The position numbers and the translations under genes were made by a program. A stretch of 64,000 nt of DNA from the human T2T-CHM13v2.0 reference genome, Homo sapiens. The notes below the pieces were generated by a model. It made no database searches, was not told where the DNA came from, and saw only the letters and a program-made list of their open reading frames with translations. The stretch lies in assembly GCF_009914755.1 (NCBI RefSeq), contig NC_060926.1; one strand, 5' to 3'. Of this stretch, positions 26,238-40,833 are shown piece by piece (the stretch's first letter is position 1; the number at the start of each line of letters is the position of its first letter).

Positions 26238-27999
26238 GTATCAATGGTCAGGGGACCAGTAGGAGCTAGACATGAGTGTTTTCTAAGAGTTTCACCACGC
26301 CTTCTATCCTGGGTCTATGAGTTTGATCCTTGCATCTCCAGGCATCTGCAGAGGACTGTGAAAGTTAATGGGAGAAGCAGAACAAATGGAGATTTCTGGA
26401 GACAAGACAAAGATATCTTTTTTAGGACTTAGCATTATTGATGAGAACTTGAGAGGAGTGACAGATCATGAACCAACTTTGGATCTTCTTTCATAGAAAG
26501 ACCATGATTCATATGCAGCAACTTCCTTCCCTTCCCAGCCCTCCCCAACTTGCCCTCTCCCACAAACCTACTTACTCACAGAAGAACTTCACTATTAGAG
26601 AGACTGAACTGAAATAATTCATGTCTGAAAAAGAAACTTCTTGTTAGAACACGGACATCATTGACAATTAGCCAGGATTCCAATGAGAAAAAAGGGAGGC
26701 CCAGGCAAGGTAAATGCATTTGTGTTTATATAACATGTGATGTGTTTTGAAGTTCTCCCCAAGGAGAAAAGCCTTCTCTTCTACTTCAAAAGCCATTTTC
26801 ATGTTTTTGAAATTACTGGAAAATTATGGGCTAAACCCCCTTCACACATAATTTATTTCACCCAGTATCTCATATTTTGTGATAACATGCAAATACCATA
26901 TGTTGCACTTTTTCTTTATAGATGGAGGAGGGAGGGGAAGAGAACTGGCAGAATTATCACTAGGCACTGCAAAACCTTCCATTGAAATCCACGTTTACCA
27001 TGGTGACGTTTGCTAGTTACGGCAGAGCTGATCAACTGCAGATTTTCCTGCTGCTGAGGCTAAATTGCAAGCTGCTCATAATGCCATCAGATGCTGCTGG
27101 GTTTCCAGCCAATGAGAACTTTGGGAATACTTTCCTCCCTCCCTGTTTTCCACCACAGTAGAGCCCCCATGCCACCATGCGTGCAAAGTCAGCACACACT
27201 GCTGTGTTTGAACTTGATTGACCTCACGCAGCACTTTCTTAAAATAAATACAACTCCCATCAACTTATGGGTTCCAAATACTCAAGCCAGAAATCCCAGG
27301 GCCTTCATTTTTGTTTTCCCTAACAGGTATTTATTTTTCTAAATGAAATGGTCAATATCTAGGAGTATATATTATTCATAAGACTGAAGAAGGCAAAGAA
27401 AAAACCCCCACATTTTGCATTCTGCTATTCTATTTCATCTGAGGCAAAATGTTTTATGCCAGGCCAAGTGAGTCAAAAACACAAAGCTATTATTCAGCCC
27501 ATAGCTGCTTCAATCATTTCTTTACCAACAATGGTGAAAAGATGTGACTTTACAAGCAAACAGGAAGAAAAAGCTTGAACACACCCTGGGAACGTGTTTA
27601 AGACGTTGATTTATGTTTCGTGCTGAGTCTTACACCTGCAGTTCAAGCAAAACCCAACTTGGCTGCCCCACAGAGTCTGGTTTATTAGGTATCAAGGAGT
27701 CGCAAGAAGCCATGTAATTAAAACCGTAATTAACTGGAAAAGGAAAGTGCCACCTGAGTTTTGAGAGGCTGTCAATTTTATTTCCATTACAGCTCTCCTT
27801 CTGTTTCTCTTCTCGGACATTTTCTTTTACTTTGCTTGATCAGAAAGCAATATATACATACACACTATGTACATATTCGCTTTGTAATGTATTTAAACCT
27901 GCATAGTGGCTACTGCTTATGGAAAAAGTCACAAGAATTGTTACCTGCTTCAGGTTTTCTAGATCAGTTTGATCAGAGGAGAGGAGAAACTGTATGAAA

Positions 28000-28357
28000 T
28001 GTGACATCCAATATGGTAGCCACCAGCCCCATGTGGCTATGGAGCATTCGAACTGTGGTCAGTCACAAGGAAGATGCGCTGTAAGTTTAAAATAATGTCA
28101 GATATTGAAGATGCAGTACAAAACAGAATGTAAGAAACAGCTCAGTGATACTTTTTATATTGATTGCTTGACAAGTGATATTATTTTGAATATATTGGGT
28201 TGTGTAAATATATATATATTTATTTATATATTTATATATATAAATATACATTATTTAATTTCACCTGTTTACTTTTTTTTGTTTTAGAATGGCTACTATA
28301 ACATTTAGAATTGGACATGTGGCTCATGCTGTATTTCTATTGGGCAGTGCTGGTCTA
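28000..28357. mobile_element. MER33 (hAT-Charlie) DNA transposon
   Basis: AATATGGTAGCCACCAGCCCCATGTGGCTAT..ATATATTGGGTT..GTGGCTCATGCTGTATTTCTATTGGGCAGTGCTG. Confidence 0.85.
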
Positions 28358-29069
28358 GAGGTGAGGTGCTGCATAGCCTGCTGAATTATGAAAAGATGCA
28401 CTAGAAATACTTTTCTTGTCCTTTTTGCCATCCTGAGAACTGAAAGGGCTCACCAGCAGGGAGGAATTAGGAGCACTTGGTGGCAGTGTGCAAGGGTACT
28501 GGAACGTGTTATTAAGGCATATGTTTATAATTGCCGGATTGTTCAACTCAATTTCTCAATAAATGGCTCAAAGGGAGATGTTGGAGCAGCACAATTGGAG
28601 CTTCAAGGGTCCTTTCTTCTGTAACTGCCCCTTGGCCAACAGAGGTTCAAACACAACATGAAATATGTGAGCACCAGAATGAGGAGTGCTAGAAACTTCA
28701 AATGGAAGTACTGAAAAAGAGTTCAAAACCAACAAGTGTGCCTTAATTTGTGAATTAAAGGGCTGATAAAACAATCTTTTGAAGAGGTCAATCCATTTAC
28801 ATTTGATTCTGTAAACATCCGTCTCACATTATTACACCATCTTTCTGAACCACATCCTTTGTGGGTTATGAAAAGGATTTGTAATAAAGACATAATTATA
28901 TAATAGTTTTGAAGGTGGCTAGGGGTGAGGGCTTTTTGGTACTTTACATCTGAAATAGGCAAAAAATTTAAAAATAGCCTAGTCTTCCTCTTTTCCTTTT
29001 TTAATTTTTTTTTTGTGTGTGTGTGGGGAGGTAGCAGAGATAGATAGTTTTGACACATCCAAAACTGAA

Positions 29070-30190
29070 TGCAATCAACAGAGTGAAAAGATAATCTAGA
29101 AGATGGGAGAAAATATTTGCAAACTTTTCAACTGACAGGATTAATATTCAGAATATACAAGAAACTCAAACATCTCAACAGCAAAGACATAAGCAATCTG
29201 ATTAAAAAATGGGAAAATGACCTGAGTAGATATTTCTCTATAGAAGACATACAAATGGCCAAGAAATATTTTTAAATGCTCAACATCATTAATCATCAGG
29301 GAAATGCAAATCAAAAACCCACAATGAGTTAATATCTCACCTCAGGATGGCTATTATTATAAAAGACATAAAAGAACAAATGCTGGTGAGGATGCAGAGA
29401 AAAGGGACCTCTTATACACTGTTGGTGGGAATTTAGACTAGTACAGCCACTCTGGAGAACATTATGGAGTTTCCTCAAAAAATTACAAATAAAACTACCA
29501 CATGATCCAGCAACTCCACTACTGGGCATTTATCCAAAAGTAAGGAAATCAGCATATCAAGACATCTGCACCCCCATATTTATTGCAGCACTAGTCACAA
29601 TAGCCAAGATAGGGATTCAACCTAGGTGTTCCACAACAGATGACTGAATAACGAAAATGTGATATATATATATACAATGGAACATTATTCAGCCATAAAA
29701 AGAAATAAAGTCCTGTTATTTTCAGCAACATGGATGGTACTGGAGGACATTATGTTAAGTGAAATAATCCGGGAAAAGAAATGTAAACACTGCATTTTCT
29801 CACTTATATGTGGAAAGTAAAAATAGATGATCTCATAGAAGTAAAAAGTAGACAGAGGATACTAGAGGCTGGGAAAGTTAGGAGGAAAGGGAGGATAGGG
29901 AGAGATTTGTTAAAGGATACAAAATTCAGCTGGATAGGATGACTAAAGTCTAGTGTTATCTATCACTGTAGGAGGACTATAGTAATATATATTATACAGT
30001 TTCGAATAGCAAGAAGGAGGATATTGAACATTCCCAATGCAAAGAAATGATAAATGATTAAGATGATGGATGTGCCAGTTACCCTGACCTGATCTCTATG
30101 CATGTCCTGAAACATCATGAGGTACCCCCAAAATACATACAATTACTATGTGTCAATTAAAAAATAAAATAAAAATATTATTAAAAAAGA
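29070..30190 (+). mobile_element. L1MA-type LINE 3' fragment
   Basis: ORF2 end (GAGAAAATATTTGCAAAC..ATGCTGGTGAGGATGCAGAGAAAAGGG), L1MA-type 3'UTR and A-rich tail. Confidence 0.9.
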
Positions 30191-33100
30191 GGAATGTAGC
30201 ATCTTGTTTCTCTATTACCAATATAATAGTGACAAATCGATCAACTGAAACTACCCAAAGGAAGTTAAGGAAGTTAAGACACTGAGAATCCCTTTCTTTG
30301 GCAAGAGTGGGGGAAAATATTATGTGTCTTTCTAGCCTAAATCTTTCCCCACATCTCTGCAGTCACACATTCTTTAAGCTGCATTTATTACAAGGTAAAG
30401 GTCTCTGGAATCTTCCAGTTGAGAATAGGAATACGGCACTGCGTAATTTTGGGAAGTGAGCCTGAGGTATTCAGAGCAGATGACACACGGGTCTTAGGTC
30501 CTGATTCAGCTACAAGTCAGCAGGGCACCCCAGGACCATCTGTGTTCTATAAATTACAGTAATGCTGGCACATGCGGCTTGTAAATCACCCATGAACAGG
30601 CTTCACCTCGTGACACATGACATGAACCCTGTTGTATATTCCAATAAACTCCCATAAACCATCTGATATAAACTCTGGATTATGTTTCTTTAGGGGTTGG
30701 AATACTTAAGACTTTTCTTTGCTGGTCTGATTCCCTTTCACATGTGAAGTGAATACACACGGTATGTTCCATTCCCTTTCCCATACACTAGTATTTTGCT
30801 ATTTTTCAAGGGCAGAATTTTATTTAGTGGCTGACATGAGCAATTTGGTGAACTTCAAAGGACCAATCTTTTTTCCCCATTGCCTTCTTTAATAAACTTG
30901 TTTCTTTCAACACGACTGTGAATGTCAAAGTCTTGTGGTTACTACACATGGAAAAGACGATTTATAAACAGCAAATTAATGACCAAATTGTCAGTAACCT
31001 ACTTTGCTGAATATAAATAAACGCTTATCATAAAGGGTCATATCATTTATATGGCTTTGCTGGGTTTCTGGCAATTTACACGGCTGCCTTCTACAGTAGT
31101 TTTGTGTGTGTGTGCAGGAGCATGAGGAGAAAGAATAGCTGGAGTGGAGACAGCATTCAATTCCATTTACGGCTCCTCTGTAAATGGTTCTAAGCAACTG
31201 TTTTTGGTTGGAACTCAGTGTTACCTTATTCATGGAGTCTGGTCCTTCCTCCATATTCAGGGAATTCTTTTCCAAGGAATTCCATCTTAAGGCTCATCAC
31301 GCTGACTTGTTGGTCCACATGCCAGAAAAAGTGTCAGAAAAATACCTAAATATAAACTCTTCCCAAGACATCAAGCTTTGCTTCTATTAAGAAACATGGT
31401 AATTTTTTTTCCTTCTCTCTACTTTTCATTTTTTAAAACAGTAAGGACAAAACTACATTTTCTTTTATTTTTGTCACATAATTAAAGTGCTTTATTTGGA
31501 CAATTCTTTCAGTTCAGGGTATTTTGGTGTAGTAAATTATTGCCTTTATGCCACTTTTTACAGATATACAGATGTAAATGAAAAGGAGAGATCATTATTT
31601 TGTTGTGGAATTTAAATGAAGCATAAAATATTTGTGAGACAAAATTCAGTAGCTTCTTAAGGGTCTGAAGGATGAGATAACTCAGAATTAATTATATTGG
31701 TCTGATGTATCCTAGTCATATTTAGCTGAAATTTATGTTAAGTTTCCACATTCGTTGTCTGAAAAATGTATTGATAATTATTTTCTATATAGGCTGTCAA
31801 GCCTACGTAAGGAAAACACAATGCTATCTTCAATGAGTGATTCAAGATTTATAAAAGGTTCACATACTCAATAGAAATTAGATAACTTTTTTCAAAGTTA
31901 TAGTAGTTCCTTGAGATATAAACATTCTAAAATCACATAAAGTCTAAATGTTCAGGCTTTGCTGAGAAAATGGCCCTACAACTGAATGTAACACTCTTAG
32001 TGGAAAAGAGGTAAACATTAAATTTTGCTCAGACACAGAGCAGCCCTACTATGAATTCAAAAACACAGCTTCCAGAAACTTCTAAATACATAGTACCATT
32101 CCTTACTTGTCACAATTTGTTCTGTAATTTTAGGGATTTATTGATTGTAGTGGAAACATTTGCAAATAACTTAAAAATTTCATGAAACGTTGTACATCTC
32201 AAAGGATTTCATTCAGTTCTTCTTTTTCAACTGCAATCAATAATTTTTTTCAAAACTCTTAATATGCTGAACTAGGGTATAGTTAAGAGATTGTTGGAAA
32301 TTCCCAAAAGGAGGATTTAAGAAAACAAATATGAACAAAGATGACCTTTGTAGAATTGTTATTTTCTTTCATTCACGTAATTTTTGAAGAAGTTCTGTTT
32401 CTGCTTTCTATTACATCTAAATAGTTCTCATTTTTATTCAGCATCAAGAGATATTAATGTGGGTGTGTCAAACCAAGGTTTGGGTTCTTTGAACCTATCA
32501 AACTATTTTTTTCAAATATGTGGGGTTTGATAAAACCCATAATACATACTAGCAGCACTTTTTCCATTAATTATTAAACCCATGTGCATTTTGAGAAAAA
32601 TTTGATCCATATGGGTTCTGGTTCATTTATGCTTTACTCATCAAAATGCTTTTTCTTGAAGCCCATGTCCAGGAAATCTTTTGAACCCTGTTAAGTTTTT
32701 TTAACTTTGCCAAGAATAAACAAAGTTGAACACCAGAAGATTCAAGTTGGTTTGTAATCCTATACCTATGGAGTATTAGTGGGTTCTAAACTTGTGTTAA
32801 ATACATATTCTCATCCCTAATAGGTAGTTGGATATCTCCAGGGGAAGCTTGAGGCTTGATAGAGAAAGCAAAAGTCAGATATATGTCAACAAAAACACCA
32901 GAAAAATCTCAGAATGCATCACAATTCGTTGAAAATTAATTTGATTATATTTTATTTTGAGTACATATGCAGAGATGTTCCCTCGAATCAGAACTGGAAG
33001 GCTAAAAGGCATCTCAAGTAGGTAACCAAAAAAAAAAATATTTGAACAACAATTCAACAACAATTCCTAAATATTGGGATTTGGCTAAAAATAATCATGA

Positions 33101-33516
33101 GAAACATTCAATTGCTTTTAGGGGGAAAAAATGGGAATGTGGTCTATGGTACTTTTTTTCTATTTCTTCCCTTTCAAATGTCTATTTTCTTCCATTTCAA
33201 GTGTCTATTGTCATTGTTTTTTGCTTTTGTTGTTTTCATTGTTGTTTATTTTTGTGCCCCCTTTCTTCTCTGGAAATAACAGGCCAAGTCAAACTAAGAT
33301 CAGAAGTCAAACTAAGGGACTAGCTTTTGATTAGTTTGGATTGTTAGTCTCAGAAATTCTAGAAGAGGAAAATTTAAAAATTATTACAAATAATATAATA
33401 TATTACATCTAGAGGCCATAGAAAATAAAATCTCCTAACGCTGCCGTGATTGAGGTTATACTTAAAAAGAGTCCTTGTCTTTTAGACAGTCCTATTGAAA
33501 AAAAATATGTAATTGT

Positions 33517-33562
33517 ATATATATATATTATATATATATTATATATATATTATATATATATA
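33517..33562. repeat. (TA)n-like microsatellite inside an old L1ME-like 3' fragment
   Basis: Read directly from the sequence. Confidence 0.85.
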
Positions 33563-33734
33563 ATTGAAATGGCAAGATCATTGGGATTTACTGCAAAACA
33601 GAGTATGCATTAAGGATATAGGTGGAGGTATAGATGAAACAATGCAATTCTCATTGCTAGATGCTGGGCACACTGGTGTTCATTATATCACTTGGTTTCC
33701 TTTAGTTTATACATTGGATGACTTCTATGCCTAC

Positions 33735-34190
33735 TATGCAGGCTTTGGGTCCACTCAGCCAATGCTATAGTCACACCCGGATCAATATCTAGCCTCAGCT
33801 ACTCCAAGTATCTCTCCTGCCTCATGGGACATCTGCAGAAACCTACCATCATTATGATGCAGAAATATATTTTGAAAGTATGAGGAAATTAACACCCCTT
33901 GGGACAGTTCTTGACTCGTGGGGAGGAGGAGCTGCTGGACAATTCTGAAGGATATCTCACACAGCCCCTTAGACAGTCCCTAGAAGAATTGCACCCCCAG
34001 TTCCCACAGTGTGATCAGCTTGATAATATATTCTTAGATGAGCGTTTACCCCTTTCCTGTCACAGTCTTCCTGGTGTCCTTCTCCTGTTCCTTAGAATTT
34101 CTTCCTAAAATAAACTGCCTGCATCGAGCCCTTACGATAATTTCTAAACGCATAGAGTCTTAGCCCAAACCTTTCTCTCAGGCTAAGAGC
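33735..34190 (+). mobile_element. ERVL solo LTR (LTR16-like)
   Basis: GGGACAGTTCTTGAC..GGACAATTCTGAAGG..GTTCCCACAGTG..CCTAAAATAAACTGCCTGCA. Confidence 0.6.
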
Positions 34191-36544
34191 ATTTTTATGC
34201 TTAAAATTTTTCATAATAAAAAGTTTTAATAAATGTTTTTGCTTTACCTTTTTATATCCCTAATACAATCTAAATTTTATTTAAAAATATAGGAACAAGC
34301 ATAACTTTAACAATAAGAATTTTATATTACTACTATTCTCTTAGAAGTTATATTTATATTTCATTTCTCACAGAATTTTAATATTGTTATGATTTAAAGT
34401 CTTTTATTGATTATTCAATCATGATTCTCTGTCACAAAAATATGCATATACACTTATTTTGTTAATTTTTAAATTTCCTGTAACCAAAAGCCTTGAAGCA
34501 TTAAAATATTTATTCTGGATTGAGTTAATGTTACATATACCTATTACACTCAATTGATCAAAAATAATAAAAATATATTTCAAAGTTTAAGAAACTATTA
34601 TTAAACATGAAGAGAAAAATTTATTGGAAACACATCTCTTAGTGAAAGGGACACAGCTTTCAGTTCATATGTTGTGGAAAAATATGACCAGAATGAGAAA
34701 GGTTTCAGGATCAATTTTGTTTTTACTTTTCATTGTTAAAGATGAAAATTTTGAGAAAATTTGCTCATATAAGTAGGTAAGAAGAAGAAATGTTTAAATA
34801 GCAGTGTCACTCAGTTTCTTGAAATCATTTTGAGTCGTGTTAAAAATCATATCGTGGTATATAATCAAAAATTATTTTTATTGGAATGTTGACAACATGA
34901 TTAGTTTTTCCTGCAATTTTATTGATAACAAAAAGTTGGAAACCTGCTTTCTTATCAAAGGATGTATTAGGGTCATTAACTTTATCAAGACACCAATATT
35001 TTGAAGCATTCCTTGTTTGGCAGTGCATCCTGGGAAGTGCACTGTAAAAAATAGGATGGGTGAGAGACGCCATTCTTTTATAAAGTAGGAGAGGAACAGC
35101 TGTGAAGGGGAGGTTTTTTAAAATATGAGTTTTTATTTAAATTTAGATGTAATTTATATATCATAAAATTTACACTTCAAAATTGTACAATTCAGTGGTT
35201 TCTAGTAGTTTCACAAAGTTGTGCAAACATTATCCCTATTTAATTTCAGACTATTTTTGTTACCCCAAAAAGAAACTCTATAATCATTAGCAGCCACACA
35301 TAGTTTTCTCTCTACAAGTTTCTGGAAACCACTAAGGTACTTTCTGTCTCTATGAGTTGCTTATTCTGGATATTTCATATGCAGTAAGTGGAACAATACA
35401 CCATGTGACCTTTTATGCCTGGCTTCTTTCACTTAACACAGTGTTTTCAAGGTTTATCCATGTTGTGGCATGTATCAGTATTTCATTCTTTTTTATGGCT
35501 GAATCATATTCCACTGTATGTATATATCATATTTTCTTCATTCATTGATTGATGGGTATTTTGGTTGTTTTGACTTTTTGGCTGTTAGGAAAAAATGCTA
35601 CTATGAACGTTCATGCTTTTTGTGGAGGTGTTTTCTATTCTCTTGGGTATCTGCCTGGGAGTGGAATTGCTGAGTTATGTGGTAATTGTTATATTTAACT
35701 TTCTGAGGCACTAACAAACTGTTTTCCAAAGTGTAGGTAGCATATTACACTCCCACCAGCCATGTACGGGGATTTCAGTTCTTTGCATCCTAACACTCAT
35801 TATTTTCTGGATTTTTGATTATAGCCATCTTAGTGGGCATGAAGTGGTATCTCATTGTGATTTTGATTTGCATTTCCCCAATGGTTGGTGATATTAAACA
35901 TCTATTTATTTCCATTTCCATATCTTCTTTGGAGGATTGTCTATTCAAATCTTTTGCCTATTGTTAATTGAGTTATTTGTACTTTTACTGTTTAGTTGTA
36001 CATATTCGTTATATTTTCTAGATCTAAGTTCCTTATCAGTTATATGATTCACAAATATTTTCTCCCATTCTGTGGATTATTTATTTTTTCACTTTATTGA
36101 TAACGTCCTTTGATGCACAAAAGTTTTAAATTTTGATGAAGTCTAATTTGCCTATTATTTCCTGTTATTGCTTGTGTGTTTGGTGACATGTCTAAGAAAC
36201 CATTGTCTAATCCTAGGTTATAAAGAGTTACACCTATGTTTTCTTCTAAGAGTTATAGTTTTAGCTCTTATATTTAGGTCTTTGGTCCATCCATTTTGAG
36301 GTATATGGTATGAGGTAGGGGCCCAACTTCGTTCTTTTGCATGTGGATATCCAGTTGTCACAAAGCCACTTGTTGAAAGGCTTTTTTTTTCCCCATTGAA
36401 TTGTCTTGGCACCCTTGTCAACAATCAATTGACCATACATTTATGGGCTTATTTCTAGACTCTCAATTCTATTCCTTTCATCTGTATGTCTAATGGTACC
36501 ATACAATCTTGATTTCCATAGCTTTATATCAAGTTTTGCAATAG

Positions 36545-37054
<510 letters not shown>

Positions 37055-37075
37055 TATATTGCCATCTTAATGATA

Positions 37076-37577
37076 CAGTTGACCCCGAACAAGATGAGGG
37101 TTAGGAGCACCAACCCCCAACACAGTAGAAAATCCATGTATAACTTTTGACCTTCTCCCAACTTAACTACTAATAGTCTACTGTTGACTGGAGGCCTAAT
37201 GGATAACATAAACAGTCTATTAACACATATGTCGTTATGTTATATGTATTATATACTGTATTTTAAAAATGAAGTAAGCTGGAGAAAAGAAAATGTTATT
37301 AAGAAAATTGTTTAAGGAAAAGAAAATCTATTTACTATTCATTGAGTGGAAGTGGATCATCATAAAGTTCATTTTCATGTTGAGTAGTTGAGGAATAGAA
37401 GGAAGAGGGTTTGATCTTGTTGTCTCAGGAGTGGCAGAGGTGGAAGAGGTGGAGAGAGTGGAAGTGGGGAGGCAGGTGAGGCAGACACACTCAGTGTAAT
37501 ACATACATTTTATTGAAAAATATCTGTGTGTAAGTGGACGTATGCAGTTCAAACCCATGTTGTTTGGTGGTCAACTG
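37076..37577. mobile_element. Tigger2-family non-autonomous element (Tigger2a/MER28-like)
   Basis: TIRs CAGTTGACC / GGTCAACTG with TA on both sides; it interrupts L1 sequence cleanly. Confidence 0.9.
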
Positions 37578-38849
37578 TATTAAGTCTTCTAATCCATGAA
37601 CACAGAATATCTTTTTCAAAAAGTGTCGTTTCTTCCAACATGGTTGTAGTTTTTAGTATGTAGTCTTGCACTTTTATTTGTTAAATATTTGTTAAATTAT
37701 TTATTTTGTGATGTTACTGTAAGTGAAATTACTTTCTTAATTCCATTTTCAGATTGTTTGTTACTAGTGTATAGATATACAGCTGATTTTTGTGTATTGA
37801 TCTTATACTCTGCAACCTCACTGAACTTGGTTATTAGTTCTGATAGCTGTTTTGTAGATTCTTCAGGCTTTTCAATAAGCAAGATCATGTCATTTGCAAA
37901 TAGAGATAGTCTTATATCTTCTTTTCCAAACTGGATGCCTTTTATTTCTTTGTCTTGCCTAATTGCTCTGGATTGAATCTCCAGTACAACAATGAATAGA
38001 AGTAGTGACAGCAGATAGCCTTGTATTGTTCCTTTTCTTAGAAGAAATTATAAAATTAGCGTTATGCTTTTGTAGGTGCCGTTTATCAAGGTGAGGAAGT
38101 TCCTTCTATTCTTAGGTCTTTAATCCCTCCATTTTGAAGCATATGATATAAGGAAGGGGCCCAAGTTGTTTTGCATGTGGATATCCAGTTGTCCCAAAGC
38201 CACTTGTTGAAAGGCTTTAGTGTGATATATGTATGTGTGTGTGTTTTATCACAAAAGGATATTGTTATATCTTGGCAAATGCTTTTCTGCATTCTTAAGA
38301 TAAAGTTTTTGCCCATGACTTTATTAATATAGAATATTACATTGATTGATTTTCACACATTGAACTGACCTGTCTTCTTGGAATAAATCCCACTTGCTTA
38401 TGCTGTATAATCCTTTTTACACATTGTTGGATTTGGTCTGCTCACACTGTGTGGAGAGTTTTTGTGTCTGTATTTATAAGGCCTATTGGTCTATAGTTTT
38501 CTTTCTTTTTTAGTAATTGATTTGCCTGGTTTTGGTATCAGGGTAATATGGACCTGATAGAATGAGTTAAGAATTGTTCTCACTCCTTCCATTTTTTTGT
38601 AAGAGTTTCCAAAGGATTGGTTTAATTCTTTCTTAGGCAGATCAGTTTTACAGCAGTGGAGAAAAGTCTAAACAATGTGGTTATAAGGCACTAATTACTT
38701 ATGCCAGGCTTTTAGATATTTGAATATGCATCTTATTTTCAACAATATGTAAAGTCATTTATTTATTAAACAAATTTATTTTGTTTAGTCATTTATTTAT
38801 TAAACAAAAAATTACAAAAATGTTTTGTAAAGTCATTTATGTTTTGTAA

Positions 38850-39030
38850 AATCATTTATTTATTAAACAAATATTTATTGAACATCTACTATGTGCTAGG
38901 CACTGTGGTAGGAGCTACAGGTGAAACAGTGAACAACATGATCTATGCGCCGTAGAAGGTAACAGTCTAGTGACAATGAGAGACAAGAAACAAGTGAAAC
39001 AAATAAACAAAAGCCAAACAAATACTTACT
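38850..39030 (-). mobile_element. L2 3' end fragment
   Basis: CATTTATTTATTAAACAAATATTTATTGAACATCTACTATGTGCTAGGCACTGTG. Confidence 0.8.
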
Positions 39031-39354
39031 GTTGGCAAGGAAATTACCTATACGTCTCTCTAACACCACCTCCTTAATGTCAGAAACAGTGGCTTAAATG
39101 CATTCTGTACCCAATAAAGGTGGAATCATTTATTTTGGTATGATTGTTGCCCTATAGCTTGGCTGAGAAGGTTAGGTTACACACATGGAGTAATACGAGA
39201 ATTATTTAAGACAAAATAGAATTTCATAGTTCTCCTGCTGTAGTAAGGGAAAGGAATATATTAAGGTTTGAAAACCTAACTCTCAAAGTCTGATGTATAA
39301 GACAGATAACAACTTAACACTACATCTTATCCACAAAGCTAACCATTGTTCAGA

Positions 39355-39545
39355 TGATGGTTCTTAACATTAGTGTTTCTTAAACAGTCATATGCAGAAA
39401 AAAAAAAAAAACACCTAGAGATCTTCTTAAAATGCAGATTTTGATCCCACAAGTCTGTAGGACCACAAAATCCTGTATTTCTAATAAACTTCTAGATACT
39501 GGCTGTGCTACTGGTCCACAGACCTTACTTTGAGTGACGAGGCTT
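39355..39545. mobile_element. MER5-type hAT-Charlie MITE
   Basis: CACCTAGAGATCTTCTTAAAATGCAGATT..CTGTATTTCTAATAAAC..GGTCCACAGACCTTACTTTGAG. Confidence 0.7.
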
Positions 39546-40807
39546 TATCTCCCTTCCTTCTTGCCTGAAAGCAAAGAACCAAGAGATATCTGGTGAATTA
39601 GATAGGAAAAATTTCCTTCAGATTTTCCAAGGTAACTGAGTGGCTGCAAAACTACCCACTGATGAGACAGCTAGAAAAATCACCTGAGTTTTCATATAAC
39701 TCAGAGTAACATATGAGAAAACCAGCAGAGAGGGAACAGGGAATGTTTATCCTCTTGAATGATGTCATTTATGTCGAAACTTAATTATAAGTGAACATCC
39801 ATCTTTCCTGTCAAACAATGCCATGCACATAGGCCAAATCATTTTTAATGTAAATATAAATGATTCTTGTGTGTAGCCATTGAGGAGATGGTTAATGGGG
39901 GGAGGGAGGAGGAGGATGATAGTTAATTCTACTTTGTAATGGGAAAACAGCCTCAGTGCCTTTAGATTCTCTACCTATTAGAAAAAAAAAAAAGAACCAA
40001 AAGCATAAAACATTGGTGATTGGGAATTTGCTTACTAGTGTCCACAATGCAGGGATTTGCCTTGAAGAATTTTATTTTATTTCTGCCTTCCAGTCAGATA
40101 TTCAACCTAGAAATACGTGTTTCTTTTATCAGCATGATGACTTTTTCCCCCTCATTTATAGGGTTGTGTTTTCTGGCACATTTCTGTTCCCACAAACAGT
40201 TCTCTGGAGTTTTATGTATGAAGAAGCTTTTAAGTAAAAGATCAATTTGGTAAAAACCAAAATTATTCATTGAAACCAATATGCTATGCTTTGAAACCAG
40301 AAAATATAGAAACCATGAGCTCTTCTTATTGGTACATAAACTCATGCATTTGAGACCCTTGCAAAACTGAAATCACTCAATTTCAAATGCTCTTAAAGTA
40401 CTAGGTAACTCTGTGAATCTTGATAGGAGAAAATAGGGAACAAGAGTAACAAGGTGTATTGGGCATGGATCCAGCAGGGAGCTGATTCAAGAGAGGAAAG
40501 AGTATGCATATTGACCAACCCAATAATCGGGATTAAAATTATTCACTTTGGTCTATAATCTAATATATATACAGGTATACGATGCAATTTTTACAACTGA
40601 TAAGCAGAAATATGTCCAATAATTTTTAAAAAGCATTCCAAAATCAACTTCCATTAACATGTATTTTTATTCCTGCTAATATGTTTGGGAGTGTATTAGA
40701 GAATGTAAAGGATTCAAAAAGGGATAGGGCATTGCTCCTAAATTCAAGGAAATTATGAGCAAACTGCTAAAGTGATGCTCATCTTGAAGGGGAGTGTGAA
40801 AAGAGAA

Positions 40808-40833
40808 ATAGAGAGAGAGAGAGAGAGGGAGAG
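40808..40833. repeat. (GA)n microsatellite
   Basis: Read directly from the sequence. Confidence 0.85.
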
